Of a stretch of 64,000 bases of DNA, positions 42,735-56,847 are shown in pieces; positions within the stretch are counted from its first letter, which is position 1; every line of letters begins with the position of its first letter. Where the stretch lies: NCBI GenBank assembly GCA_951406725.2, contig OX597830.1, positions 47,120,001 through 47,184,000 of the forward strand, read 5' to 3'. A model generated the notes under the pieces. That model was not told where the DNA came from. It saw nothing but the letters and a program-made list of their open reading frames with translations, and made no database searches. A program made the translations under genes and the position numbers. Origin of the DNA: Octopus vulgaris (lineage: Eukaryota).

Positions 42735-43780
42735 GCATATGAGGACGTTCTGGTAACATGTAACCCAGTACAAGCTGTTGCAATTGTCGGGCCGTCGGCA
42801 ATTAAACTAGCAACACCACTAAGCCTGCTTGGCGAGTAGGGTGGTTTTGGAACACCCTGCAGGATGGAAAACAATCACCGGCAAAAGACGGATGAACTCA
42901 GGAGTCAACAATCATCCAATTACTTCATAAACACACACACACACACATGTATGTATGCATATACACACATACATCTTCGAACATCGCTCGCTACAAGCGA
43001 CTCAAACACACAGCCACACGGTCTTCACCCCTACACATCAACCCGTAACTTCAGAAATCTCGCTAACTGCGCATTGGAAAGATCCTGCCACTCAAAAGAT
43101 ATGGCTTATTGAACCACTGTCCTACCATCCGTTGGCAGCACAAACACTACACAGGCATGACAGCCAATACATTTAAGGAAAGACACACGCGTACTCATTC
43201 AGGGGCAGAGACAAAGACAACTTCTCTGTTGACCACTTCAGCTGGAAACTTCGGGGACATCGAAACGATTTCCTCAACCTACACCCATGGGTCTTCTTTG
43301 ACAGAAACCCTCACTCATATGGATCTCCCAGTTGTCAACACTATGTCCGTGAGAAACGGTACCTTCTACACCAACGTGCAGTGTCCGTTAATAAGAAAGC
43401 CTACCTATCATATTGTTACAAATGGAAGTGCGCTCAGTTATTGAACTTCAAACCATTGACCACCACTGATAACCTGGATTTACCACCAAGGACATGGCGG
43501 GCTTGCTGGTAGTCCTTGCTGCCAATGGATATTGCATTCTACTACCACTCTTCTACTACCGGTCAAGCAAATTCATGTTATTTGAAATCTATCAAATTTT
43601 CTTGGAACTGTTATCGCTGAAGTAGCACATCCGACAGAATGATGACTAATTGACGTCAACATCTTGTCTCCCGGTCACATGAAGAATCCAATATAAAGAG
43701 CTGATGTCTCTCCTGCTAAGTGTCCAGGTGGGCCTAGCCATAAAAGAACTAATGTCGCTACGATAACAAAAATATCCATT
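42735..43780 (+). mobile_element. Possible decayed 5' portion of an RTE-like LINE
   Basis: A GC-richer leader (ttggaacaccctgcagg...ggcaaaagacggatgaactc) is followed by degenerate coding-like sequence. Based on pattern recognition only. Confidence 0.35.
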
Positions 43781-43799
43781 CGACATTGAGTGTTATATG

Positions 43800-44022
43800 G
43801 GAGCTGGCAGAAACGTTAGCACACCGGACGAAATGCTTAGCGGTATTGCGTCTGTCGTTGCGTTCTGAGTTCAAATCGCCGAGGTCGACTTTGCCTTTCA
43901 TCCTTTCGAGGTCGATAAATTAAGTACCAGTTACGCACTGGGGTCGATGTAATCGACTTGATCCGTTTGTCTGTCCTTGTTTGTCCCCTCTGTGTTTAGC
44001 CCCTCGTGGGCAATAAAGAAAC
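43800..44022 (+). mobile_element. SINE family C copy with target-site duplication
   Basis: Near-identical to 29336-29565; GTTATATGGG occurs on both sides. Confidence 0.88.
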
Positions 44023-44238
44023 AGTTATATGGGCGTTTTTAAAATAATATAGTCCTTGCTAAATCCTTATTATAATTTAAACATTACATGTGGTAGCCAT
44101 TACATGTGATGCTTTGATCGTTTCAATGAGGACTGACGTGACGTCTACAGCATCAGTCTATCATAAACATGTAAAAATAGATGGAGGGAAAATATATAAG
44201 CATTTGAATAGAGACGCTAATGCTGCTGCTGCTGTTGG

Positions 44239-44320
<82 letters not shown>

Positions 44321-45840
44321 AATAATAGCAATAGTGATGGTAGTCATGGAGGATATAAACAAAAATTATGATTTCCTTTCACAATGAAGAAAAAAAAATA
44401 ATGGTAACGTTGAGAATAATAATATTGGCAGCAGTTGTGATGGTGGATGTGATGGCGATGGAAGTGAATACGGTGATGAAGATGATGATGATGATAATGT
44501 CGATGATGATGATGACGATAATGATGATACTACTGTCGATGCCGATGATAAACTCCCAAACAAAACAATCACTTGATGTAAACACTATCAAACATCATGA
44601 TCATACAAAAAAAAAAAAAACAGCAACAACATGGTAAACAAATGTAAATAGAAGCAAATATTTTTAAACTGTTGCACTCGGAGAAAATAAATCAATATTT
44701 GTAATATCTTTTACACATGAAATGAGATTTGCTTTTTTTTTTCCTTGTCTTTCGTGAGATTTATTGAAACCTCACATGCTAAAAATATTCTTGATATGAT
44801 ATATGGAATGGGGGAGGGGGAGAGGGATCGGTTGTAGAATATATTTTTGTAGTCATTTTCGAGTAATGAGAAAAAATATTAGCTTCGAACTTAGTTGAGG
44901 ATCGAGGGTGGGTGGGTGGAGGAGGTTAGTATTTGTTTTTGTTTTTTTTTTATATAATTTTATTTCAGAAGCAAGTTCCAGCAAACTGACATGGCGATGC
45001 ATTTGGACTGTTAATGTCTTTGGAAGAGATTCAAGAAATGGTTTTTCTCTTGCATCTTTCAATAGAATGTAGAGTCTTTGTAAGAAGTCGAAATGAATGC
45101 TTATATTATCAATTGATGGTATAAGCACTGGGATTGGTCCGGCGGTGGGGTTATGATGTCGGACTGCCTGACATCGTGTCGAAAGTTCGTATCTCCCAAA
45201 TGGTATTAAGCTATGTTAAGCATTTCACATTCGAAGTTCATTCTTCCCAACTGAAGACAAGTGATACATCTGGATGCTTTAAGGAGAGAAAACTATAATT
45301 CACGATTTTCCTTGAAGAGTGAGGACATGTCATTGATGAGGTCTCACATAGCGACGAAAAGGCTCTGACAGAAGAAGTTAATGATTGATTGATTGTTTAA
45401 TCAACACATTGAACAAACCATTGGATAATTAGTAAAATAAAGAAGTGGTATTGAATCAGTGCGTGTGTTTATTTAAATTTTTATTAGCATAATGACCCTC
45501 CCTAGCCAACAAGATTTGTTTCACGAATTCACATCAAGAGTCATGCAAACCAAATACGTAAACAAACTATTTTACCCTGTTGCGTTCAAATTCAGCTCTG
45601 AACGTCGACCAAGCCTGACACATTCTCACCACCATCAGGTATCAGTTATGTCACTAATCTTATATACTTCATGGTTTGCAATGTTTCTCAGAACAACGCC
45701 TATTAGAGTAAATCTTCTGATTTAATTAATCTAATTTATTTCTATGTATCAAACATCTAATTGCATCAATATTTCTGTGTTGAATAATCAAAATACTTTC
45801 AATGGTTTAATATAATTGCTTAATATTACAAACAGCAACA

Positions 45841-46042
45841 AGGCGGCAAGCTGGCAGAATTGTTAGTGCGCCGATAAAATGCTTAGCGGCATTTTTCTGA
45901 CTTCATATTCTGTGTTTCAATTCCACCTTGGTTGACTTCATTTTTTATCCTTTAAGAGGTTGATAAAAATAAATACCAGTTGAGCCGTCTATCAACTCAC
46001 CACTTTCCCTCAAATTACTGGCTTTGTGTCAAAATTTGAAAC
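45841..46042 (+). mobile_element. Diverged SINE family C copy
   Basis: aggcggcaagctggcagaattgttag...aaatgcttagcggcatt...aaataccagttgag. Confidence 0.75.
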
Positions 46043-47028
46043 ATTACGAACGTTATTAGATTCTTCGACGAATGCATAACGTGGTGAACCTTCAACCCTC
46101 GTTATTTTTTTCTTATTTAATTTGTCAGTAATTCAACTTGCAGGTTCCAATTTGGGACAAAGATTCCTTTTGCTAACCATAATTTACGGTTTTACAGGGG
46201 AATACTTTTCTTATTCTTTTTTCAAATTTTCACGATGATTTTTTTTTTTTCAAATCCATGAACTAATTTCTCCGTGCTGTGTATACGCCCATGAATTACT
46301 CAATTAGTCTTTCCTTTTTAATTAATTTAAGATATTACTGAGCTAATTTCCTTCCTTCTAAGTGTTTGATTTTACAGAATTTTCTAAGCTGTTTGGTTTT
46401 ACATACATTCTCTTAATCCACTGGTAATAACTGATTTTTTCAAAATCCCTACTGGGTTTATCCTTCAACATTTAATGCATGGATCATGGATGGCGCGCTT
46501 ATTGGCGCAGGTCTTCCAGTATACGCTTTTGTTATGACAAACTTCATTTTGATTGTTTTGAACGCGTTTCCATCAATGACACACGGTTGCAAATGAATAC
46601 AGTTTCGAAATCTGCTTATAGTTTTCTTTTCTTTTTTCTTTTTATTTGATAATGATCAAAAAACAATATGGCGTTGCCGTAATAAGATATTACTAAAGTA
46701 ATATAAATTTATATAAATTTATTTTAATAAAGTCATATAAATGCTTAAGTGATTTATTATAATGCTTGTATGTCTTCGAATATCGGTAAAATTGCGATTT
46801 ACTTTTTAATACTCGATTCAGAATGAATCAAAATCATTCTAATGTCATTATGAAATCAATTTGGAGCCATAGGTTCGAGGGGGCGGATTCAATGAAAATG
46901 CTTGGAACATCTTACTGTAAGAAATGAACGAACTATTTTTGCATTGGTTTGAAACATTAATTTTCCATTATTGGATTTATCTGGTTTTTCATTGATGGGC
47001 AAATATAATGATGATAATGATGATGATA

Positions 47029-47060
<32 letters not shown>

Positions 47061-47109
47061 AATAATAATAATAATGATGATGATGATAATAATAATGATG
47101 ATGATGATG

Positions 47110-47171
<62 letters not shown>

Positions 47172-47191
47172 CATAATAATAATAATAACAA

Positions 47192-47545
47192 CAAGGAAAG
47201 AAAAAAAAGAAATGGAGAAACTCTCAAAATACAAAGACCTGGAAATAGAGGTAACTAGAATGTGGAATCTGAAAACAGAAACAATTCCTATCATAGTAGG
47301 TGCATTAGGCATAATAAAAAAATCTTCAGACAAATACATAACAAAAACACCAGGACTTACAAACACATATAACATACAGAAAATTGTACTACTAGGCACT
47401 GCACACATCCTACGCAGAACACTTTCCATACAATAACCATCAGAGCATCGCAACAAATCACAGCACATACCCAAGGCACACAGAGCTGCGCTCGGTAGTG
47501 AAGTGAAAGCACGCTATAAAAATGAAACTACTGAATAATAATAAC
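47192..47545 (+). mobile_element. 5'-truncated R4/Dong-like RLE non-LTR retrotransposon inserted in (TAA)n
   Basis: Reads KEMEKLSKYKDLEIEVTRMWNLKTETIPIIVGALGIIKK...IQKIVLLGTAHILRRTLSIQ*, followed by a 3' UTR. Flanked by aataataataacaacaa on both sides. Confidence 0.9.
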
Positions 47546-48232
47546 AACAATAATAATTCTTGTTATTATTATACCCGTGTTTGTTTTGATATTAAGACTT
47601 AAAAAAAAACGACCGTGTTTGTAAAACATTTTTGATTTGTGTTTGCATCCCCTAAGCAAATTTTGTTCGCCACACTTGTGTTTGAAGTAATGCATAGACG
47701 AGTATCATTATATTACAATCTGAACATTTTAAATTTAGCTTTTCGAAGTTTACAAGAATTCAGATTTCAATATTCTTTTTTACTCCTTTCTTTTATTAGT
47801 TCCAAACATTGAACTGAATATTGGAATACATTCTTGAAAGCTTGAAGACATTCTTCTCATTCCCAGTATATACTTCCCTCTGCTCCAAATTCAATAATTT
47901 TCTGCATTTATCGGATGGCATCGTTCTACTTTTTTTTATCACGAAATAATATAGTTTAAAACTAATGGACATACTTGTAAGAGAGGTTACCCAGTCTACA
48001 TCTTGCTTATGAGCTTAAATTATTTTTTGTTGGTCGAACAATAATTCTCTGTTACAAAATCATTTGCTGATAAACACGTTTAAAAGCAGATCTTCAGAAA
48101 ATATAACAAGTGTGACATTCAAATCGCTACTGAATAAAAATGGACGAATGGATTCTATGGTGTCACTAAAATGTATTCAGTTATCGCTACTGAATACATA
48201 CATATATATGTATGTGTCTGTGTATGTATGTA

Positions 48233-48341
<109 letters not shown>

Positions 48342-48422
48342 TTATAATAAGAGTAGATCGTATACGAGTGGGCATATATTTGTAAAAAAGAAGTTTGAAA
48401 ACGCCACTATATTAGATATATT

Positions 48423-48467
<45 letters not shown>

Positions 48468-48473
48468 CAGATA

Positions 48474-48525
<52 letters not shown>

Positions 48526-49401
48526 CTGATATATATATATATATACACATACATACATATATGTATATATATATATACATATATACATATATATATTTAC
48601 ATATATACATATACATATACATATATATAAATACATATACATACCTATATATACACATATGCATATATATATGTGTGTATGTGTGTGTGTGTGTGTATGT
48701 ATGTATATATATTGTTGTAATAATGAAGTCAGTTCAAACGGGATATTCTGAAATCATTTAGTTACACACGTTTTATGTTCGGGTAACAGATGCATGTATG
48801 TTGCTATAAAATGTATTTGCACAAACCTGAAATGTGACTTCGAAATGTTACTATTTGATTTGACTTCATTATTACAGCTGTGTGTGTGTGTGCTGGAACA
48901 TTGGATCTCGAAACACATTTTGCAACTTGATAGCTGAAATTTTGAAATTTTGAATTGTGTCACATATGTTACATTTTTTGATACTTTCTATATTCGTAGA
49001 AAAGCTAAGAATATTTTATACCCGAAGCACCGCAATAGTCATTGCGAAACTATATTGATTAGAAAAATAATTCATTTAAAGTTAATTATGTAAATTAGTA
49101 AAGAATTTTGAATAAACAGCATGTATTCTCAGAATGCGAAGAGAAATACATGAGTAAATTCAATTTTTGTTTTATGTGCACTTATGGATGTTCAACCATT
49201 TCCTGGGTGGCTAAGATGCAACGAATTTTAAGTAAATCAATATTCCACAACCAACGGAACACTGTCAGCATCTTTCTGAAGTAATTTAAGCAAAAGATAG
49301 ATGCCAATAAACCCACACGATATTGGAAGCTGTCGCTAGAATATATCCACGCATATATCTACACACACACAAGCACACACCCCCATACATATATATACAT
49401 A

Positions 49402-49476
<75 letters not shown>

Positions 49477-49477
49477 C

Positions 49478-49550
<73 letters not shown>

Positions 49551-50431
49551 TGATAGACATGCAAATTCGTACAAATATGTGTGTGTGCGTATAAATATGG
49601 ATCATGTAAATATAAACATACTTACACACACACACATACGTATATAGATATATTTATACACATGATATAGATAAATATATGTGTATATAAACATATTCAT
49701 ACAGCAATAATTGGGCGCATGTCTGTGTGTCGTGCTGCTGTTCGGTATGCAGTAAATTGCTTGCAGCTGTATGCGCCTCCTTTAATCGTTCTGTAGTAAT
49801 TTCCTTAATCTAGTCCTTTTGTTTGACAGCCAGCGAATGGTTGCTAACGTTATAGGTGTGTGCGTAGGAAGACAGACAGGTAGATGGGGATAAAGATAAA
49901 GACTGTCGGTATTTGTAAATATATACTTAATGTATGTACGTGTGTGTGTGTGTTTGCAACAACAAAAATGATCAACAACGCGAAATCTTTAAAATTTATG
50001 GCAAACAATTTGTACGACTTCAGAAACGAATAAAATTTCATCACCAGCTGCCGAATAAAATCGTATTAAATTCAGAATAACAGAAATGAAAATAATTTCC
50101 TTCAGTAAAGAATTACCAAATTAATGAGTTCATACTTGAGCTTTGTAATTCTTACAAATCATCAAAAATCCAGGAACACCTAATATTCTTTGAAGACATT
50201 AATTATCATACATGTCTACATTTCCCTGTTCTGCACAAGTGACTTCCTTTATTAACTTCGCTGTCATACTGCTCGCACTTCGTGTTTCTTTCACCCTCGA
50301 CTTTTTCAAATTATATTGAATGTCTAGTGTCACTTGAAAAGACAAGTTTCTATGATACCATTACGGAAATGAGGTGCGTACTAGTTCATCTGTAATGGGA
50401 AGTTAGTTGAGCATCTGTCAAGGATAACGCT

Positions 50432-50515
<84 letters not shown>

Positions 50516-50534
50516 GTTGTTGTTGTTGTTGTTG

Positions 50535-50621
<87 letters not shown>

Positions 50622-50622
<1 letters not shown>

Positions 50623-50706
50623 GCCCGCGGGCATATGATGTAGTGGTTAAGAGCGCGGGCTACTAACCCTAAGATTCCGAGTTCCATTCCAAGCAGTGAC
50701 CTGAAC

Positions 50707-50767
<61 letters not shown>

Positions 50768-50945
50768 TCGAAAAATACCTTAGGAATGAGAACCCAGGTT
50801 CGAAAGTTTCCCAAGATACGTAAAGAAGGCTGGAGGGTATATCAGCCGAAACGTTGTGTTAACAATAAACAAGTTGAGGACAAATATCCCTTCGTCGAAT
50901 GTAAATAATGTACATAATTCTTCATCTCTTAAATATAGAACTGAC
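50622..50945 (+). mobile_element. Family H element, apparently full length (tRNA head + (AAT)n + hammerhead-derived body)
   Basis: A-box-like TGATGTAGTGG, anticodon-like loop CTACTAA, B-box-like GAGTTCCATTCC, then (AAT)n, a body with GGCTG...CAGCC-GAAAC-GTT-GTG, and a 3' end ctcttaaatatagaactg. Confidence 0.85.
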
Positions 50946-51179
50946 GAATGAAGGTATCGTGAACGGCCTAGTTATATATACACGCATGCATTTACAACGA
51001 TTTGGGTAACACATCCACTTTTAAATTTATTAAATGATTACGTATTGTAATTACGTAATTATATATGATACTTTGTATCTATGAAACAGCTGTTGAGTAG
51101 AATTACATTATAAAATATTTGGGAAAATAGCGCTCTTCTACTTTTTGTTCAGAGGCTTTGGTCATGTTGAAGCAACTCC

Positions 51180-51555
51180 AGTATTATCACTTTTTCAATG
51201 GCCAGTCTCTTATGACCGGCTTTTGGTGAAGGAGGGAATTCGATGCTGCTGTCCTCTTTTGTGTTTCTTGGCATGATGTACGTTCATATCGTGTCTTGGA
51301 TTGCAGGAGGTCAAGCTGCTTCTCGAAAAAGTCTAACCCGACACCACAGAGATCTCTCAGATGCTTTAGCAAATTGTTAAATGACTTTGGGCTTTTGAAT
51401 CCCAAGCTATTGCAGTACATTGTCCCCAATCTAGACAGCATTAGTGGGACCTTTGGAACAGTGCAGTGGCGTTCAGTTCAGGGGCTGATTTTAACTTCCG
51501 ATGCCAAAGTTTGGTGCCAAACCCTCTAGGATCTTCCATATGTATAGAACCGCAT
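51180..51555 (-). mobile_element. CR1-group LINE 3' fragment
   Basis: Reads TMYCNSLGFKSPKSFNNLLKHLRDLCGVGLDFFEKQLDLL...AASNSLLHQ, similar to the CR1/L2 ORF2 C-terminus (FN.LP..LR....FK..LD). Confidence 0.65.
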
Positions 51556-52110
51556 ATCTCTTCCACCTTCGCACCAGGGAGTGGTGTCGTAATTCTTTCA
51601 GTCTCTCACTAATTCAGCGGTTCCATTAATGCAATTTTCCTGATGAATCACTACTGAATTGCCTCAAGTTCTGCTTTTCATTTGACATTGTGGGGTGAGA
51701 ATCTCGCTTCAATGTTTCATTAAGAAATTTTATTGTGCCATAATATCATAGATGAAGGAATGTCGGAAGTGGGCTATTTATAATATTATGCAATGGATAA
51801 TAGTGAATCTCTCAGTTAAGTGATTCAATGAAACCGCTGAATCAAACATTTTAGTGACACCATAGAATCCATTCGTCCATTTTTATTACGATATTACGCC
51901 ACGCTTGAAGTTCAACTCAATTTTCGATTTGCGGATTACGAAACATCAGTGAATTGATGCCCCTTTCGCTAAAGGAATGGTTTATCTGTTAATTTGTGTC
52001 ACACAATTCAGCCAACAGGTACGGGGTGTGCTTCACTTTGATATGCCTGAATCTATTAAAGAGAGACCCCTTTTAATCTAATCTATATGCACATGAGTAT
52101 GTGTGTGTGT

Positions 52111-52161
<51 letters not shown>

Positions 52162-52534
52162 CGTGTGCGTGTGTGTGTATGTGTTCGTGTGCGTGTGGGT
52201 GCTATGTTCTGAACGTATACGTATATACATATATAGGCGTTGGTGTGCGTTATGTATTGGTGAAAGTGTATCTTCTTTTCGTCTTCTTTCTTTTGTATTC
52301 TTACTTTTCTTCCGCCCCTGCCACTCCTTGCGGAATCTCTTCCTATTTTCGGTTCTACCTCTTCTTGCTCAACATTGCAAGACTTGTCACTTTCAATCTT
52401 CCTCTTTCCATTTTCTCTCGCTTTCGCTTTCATTATGGCAAGCTTTTCCTTTTTATCTTCTTCCTCGGTACTATACTGCTTTCAAGTCTGCTTTCTTTCT
52501 GCTTCTGTCTGCATAAACCTCCCGCCCCCTCTCT

Positions 52535-52930
<396 letters not shown>

Positions 52931-53834
52931 ATAGATACATATATATATGTATATAGTTATATATAAATACATATATACACACACATATACAAATATATAC
53001 AAATACATATTACGCATATATGTGCGTGTATGTGTGTATAAGTTAGAACTTGGTATACCTAGTAATAGTACCTCAAAGAAAGAGTGAATTAAATGCCTGC
53101 AGTCTACAAATGTTTTATGGAATTCAGAAGTTTCAACACCTCACAATGACCAGTGACCAGTGACCACGTCGCAGCACGGAAATCGTCCATCTTTTTACCT
53201 CTTTTTTAGCCATCATTTCCATCAATACTATTGTTATAGGAAGCATTATCGAACCCCTCACCTGTCTCTTTGTATCAACCATCATCATCCCCTTAATTAC
53301 TAATAATTACTATTATCAAAAGGACCATTTATCATCAACTCCTCCAGCGTCACCACCACCACCACCACCACCACCACCACCACAATCACCAACACCACTA
53401 TAATTATTACCATCACTACCTCCAGCACCGTAATTTCGATAATTACCATTATCAAAAACACCAGCAATGCTGCCATCATTATCGCCACGCAACTGTCATC
53501 ATCACCACAAATATCAACAGCAACAACAATAACATACCAACACCTATATCACCACCATCATCTGGGCAGGGCCATGACCACCACCACCAACAACAACAAC
53601 AACAAAAACCACAATAAGGACATGACATCATCAATCAGTAGTATTGATTGAAATTTTGACACAAGACCAATAAGCTTGGAGTAAGTCGGTTACATCGACC
53701 CCAGTGTATCACTGGTACTTATTTTACCGACTCCGAAAGGATGAAGGGCAATGTTTACCTGGCTACCAATTCTGTCAGTCCGTCACATGTTATCGCTAAT
53801 CTCTTTAGATAATCAACAAAATCGAAGTACCTTT

Positions 53835-54016
53835 GGTCAGCCACCAAGGAACGACATGCTCAGCTGGTTAAGGTCAAGCAACTGACAAGCAAATCTGTGG
53901 AATTGGGCAGAATATTTGCAGTCGCTCATTTTTTTTACGCTGAAACAAAACATCTCCATGAAAACACTTCCAATCAGCTAAGATCAGAAGCCATGAGAAC
54001 CACTGTCTGGTATTGC
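53835..54016. mobile_element. Partial repeat family B copy
   Basis: Matches 5745-5925 (cagccaccaagg...ggtcaagcaactgacaagcaaatctgtgg). Confidence 0.8.
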
Positions 54017-54020
54017 ACAC

Positions 54021-54051
<31 letters not shown>

Positions 54052-54104
54052 TGTATGTATGTATGTATGTATGTATGTATGTATGTATGTATGTATGTAT
54101 GTAC

Positions 54105-54288
54105 GTATGTTTTGCTTTATGTATGTATTCTCATGCATATAGTTGCAGATCTAGACATGCTCATATATATTTAAACGATAAACTTCTGGAAAGTTTTACA
54201 GAATTTTACAGTTCCAGTGAAGGATTGGATCTGTAGTCTTCGAATTAGCTTTCTCCTTTCTGGTTTTGGGAAGCCTAATTTCTCAAGT
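54105..54288 (-). mobile_element. RLE LINE extreme 3' end embedded in (CATA)n
   Basis: Reads LEKLGFPKPERRKLIRRLQIQSFTGTVKFCKTFQKFIV*, followed by a short UTR running into (CATA)n. The 5' junction is also (CATA)n. Confidence 0.8.
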
Positions 54289-55727
54289 ATGTATGTATGT
54301 ATGTATGTATGTATGTATGTATGTATGTATGTATGTATGTATGTATGTATGTATGTATGTATGTGAGTGTGTGTGCGTGTGTATGTATGTATGTATGTAT
54401 GTGAGTGTGTGTGTGTGCGTGTGTATGTATGTATGTATGTATGTATGTATGTATGTATGTATGTATGTACGTACATTTAAAATTACTTGTTTTTACAAAT
54501 TACACGCTTTTACAAAAATATTTTCCTGTCATACTAATATGATGTAGACGGGTCATATTTCCTCATGTTTCGCGATCAGAAATTTTCATAAATGGCTGAC
54601 AAATCATATTGACTTTAGAAAAGTGATATCGAATTTCCTAAGATTTAAGGTTTAAGATTTAAGAAGAATAAATGAAAAGGCTATGAAACGTTGGTGGTGT
54701 CCTAGACTCTAAAAGAAAATCAACGCCGACTCCATAATTTTGACTCTTCTAACTTCAGCGATCTTTGTATTATTTCACTGGTGTCAGTCATTGGTATGTT
54801 GAAGCAACACATTCAAAATTTAGTCGATCAATTTCATCTCCGACTATTTGCTTTTAAGCGTTTAGCTTATCTGCGCGTATTAATTCAACTCCTAACGTAC
54901 GCAACGTCATCGCCGATTATTAGAAAGGATTACCGGTAATCTGAGTCCGGTGGAGCTAGGTTTATGTAAGAAGCTTGCGAAACTTCAAGTCGCATGGAGC
55001 TGAGTCAAATTGTTTTACATAATAATATATGTATGCACATATGTGATGCAGAAATGGGCAATTAAACATTGAGCTATATCTACATACATTTACTGCAGTA
55101 ATCGTTCTTTCAGTTTAAAATAAATAGCAAAATCTCGATAATTCCAATTTTAATATATTTTTCATAAAAATGTAATTTTTATAGTCTATTTTTATAGCTT
55201 TAGCGCGGCTGTCATCTCTTCTCAATCAAATCAAACAGCTAACACTTATACATTCTGATGTCTATATCCCGTCTCCATCTTTTCTTTGTCACTTTCTGTC
55301 GACATTAAAATATCAAACACACGAATCTCCATGTTTTTCTCGTTGAATACTTTTTTTTGTTGATGACTGTGATTGGTGTTGTTGTTCGTGTCGAGGTTTG
55401 TTAGTCATTGGTATAATTTTTTTTTTTATTAAGAATTATTTATAACTTGTTCGTATTGCTAGTATTTACGCTCTGAGTTCAGCCTTTTGCTTTTCACACT
55501 TTCGGAGTCGATAAAAGTAAAGCACCATTGCAGTGATGTAATTTACTAAACGAATTTCCTAGATCTGAGGCTTGTGCACGAGAAAGAAATCAATGCCACA
55601 AGTACGGTAAATATTTCATTAACTAAATCCAGCTAACATCAATCATGGTGGGATTAGATTGTGACTGTGTACTCGTATGCGGGAGTATCAATGACTTCTG
55701 TTGTAGACATGCAAGGATATTAATAAG

Positions 55728-55930
55728 CACCTGGCACCTGTGCCGGTGGCACGTAAAAAGCACCCACTACACTCACGGAGTGGTTGGCGTTAGGAAGGGC
55801 ATCCAGCTGTAAAAACTTTGCCAGATCAGACTGGAGCTTGGTGCAGCCTTCTGGCTTCCCAGACCCCGGTCGAACCGTCTAACCCATGCTAGCATGGAAA
55901 ACGGACGTTAAACGATGACGATGATGATGA
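55728..55930 (+). mobile_element. 3' part of a SINE with a V-domain-like segment and (GAT)n tail
   Basis: tggcgttaggaagggcatccagctgtaaaa ... ggacgttaaacgatgacgatgatg. Confidence 0.65.
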
Positions 55931-56059
55931 TAATGACATTATGGGGTAAATGATAGTAATGCTGCCGATACATGAAGGCAGCAGTCTCGACACAGTTTCA
56001 GATCAGAACTTAAAACTCTTGTCAAATGCTGAAAAAAAAAAGGAATGTCATAAATAAAT

Positions 56060-56252
56060 ATCGGCACAAGGCCAGCAGTTTCGGGGGTAAATCGATTGCA
56101 TCGGAACCAATGCTCAAATGGTACTTATTTTATCGACCACTCATGCAAGGAGGAAAAGCAAAGTCGACCTGGGCGGAATTTGAACTCAGAACGCAAAGAC
56201 GGACGAAATGCCGCTTAGCAGTTTGTCCGGTGTGCCAGTTCGCCGCCGCCTT
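56060..56252 (-). mobile_element. SINE family C copy adjacent to a protease exon
   Basis: Reverse complement of 29336-29500; ends about 40 nt from the splice donor at 56293. Confidence 0.8.
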
Positions 56253-56293
56253 AGGAGTGAATAGATGAATTAAGTTTCTGTTTAAAAACGCAC

Positions 56294-56452
56294 CATATTT
56301 TGTACATCCCCATCCGTAACTGTTACAGGTTTTGCCAACCAAGGACATTTTGCCAGTGGACGATGAAGGCAGGATGTGTGGGTTGACCGCAATTTGAAAG
56401 TGTTTTAGTACGTCGGGTATCTTCACCAGGGCGATGTCATAGTAATGGTAAT
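56294..56452 (-). CDS. S1 serine protease, internal exon containing catalytic Asp102 and GWG
   Basis: cttacag|AT TAC...AAA TAT G|gtgcgt; 159 nt, phase 1 to phase 1. Encodes YHYYDIALVKIPDVLKHFQIAVNPHILPSSSTGKMSLVGKTCNSYGWGCTKY(G). Has DIAL and GWG motifs, and its phase matches exon 12532-12668. Confidence 0.9.
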
Positions 56453-56619
56453 CTGTAAGAGATACAAAATATATAAAAGAGAGTTGCAACTACAATGACT
56501 TGGGGTGAAAAACGGAAGAACTCTTTGCCAATCAGACGTTTGTTTGCATGCTAGACAGCCCCGTTTGAGTGAACACACACGCGCGCACACACACACACAC
56601 ATACACACTCACACACACA

Positions 56620-56651
<32 letters not shown>

Positions 56652-56847
56652 GAATTAGCAATGTGTATTTATTTGCAATAACATTAGGGAGACAATAACA
56701 TTTGCAATAACATTAGTGTGGCAATAGTGAGCTGACCGAATGACAGCAGAAGCAACATAAAAGCAGAGGGATGGACTGTTTATTACCTGCCCTGACTAGA
56801 AAAGAGAGAAAGAGAAACTGCGAGAGGATTAACATAGGAGTTTGTTT

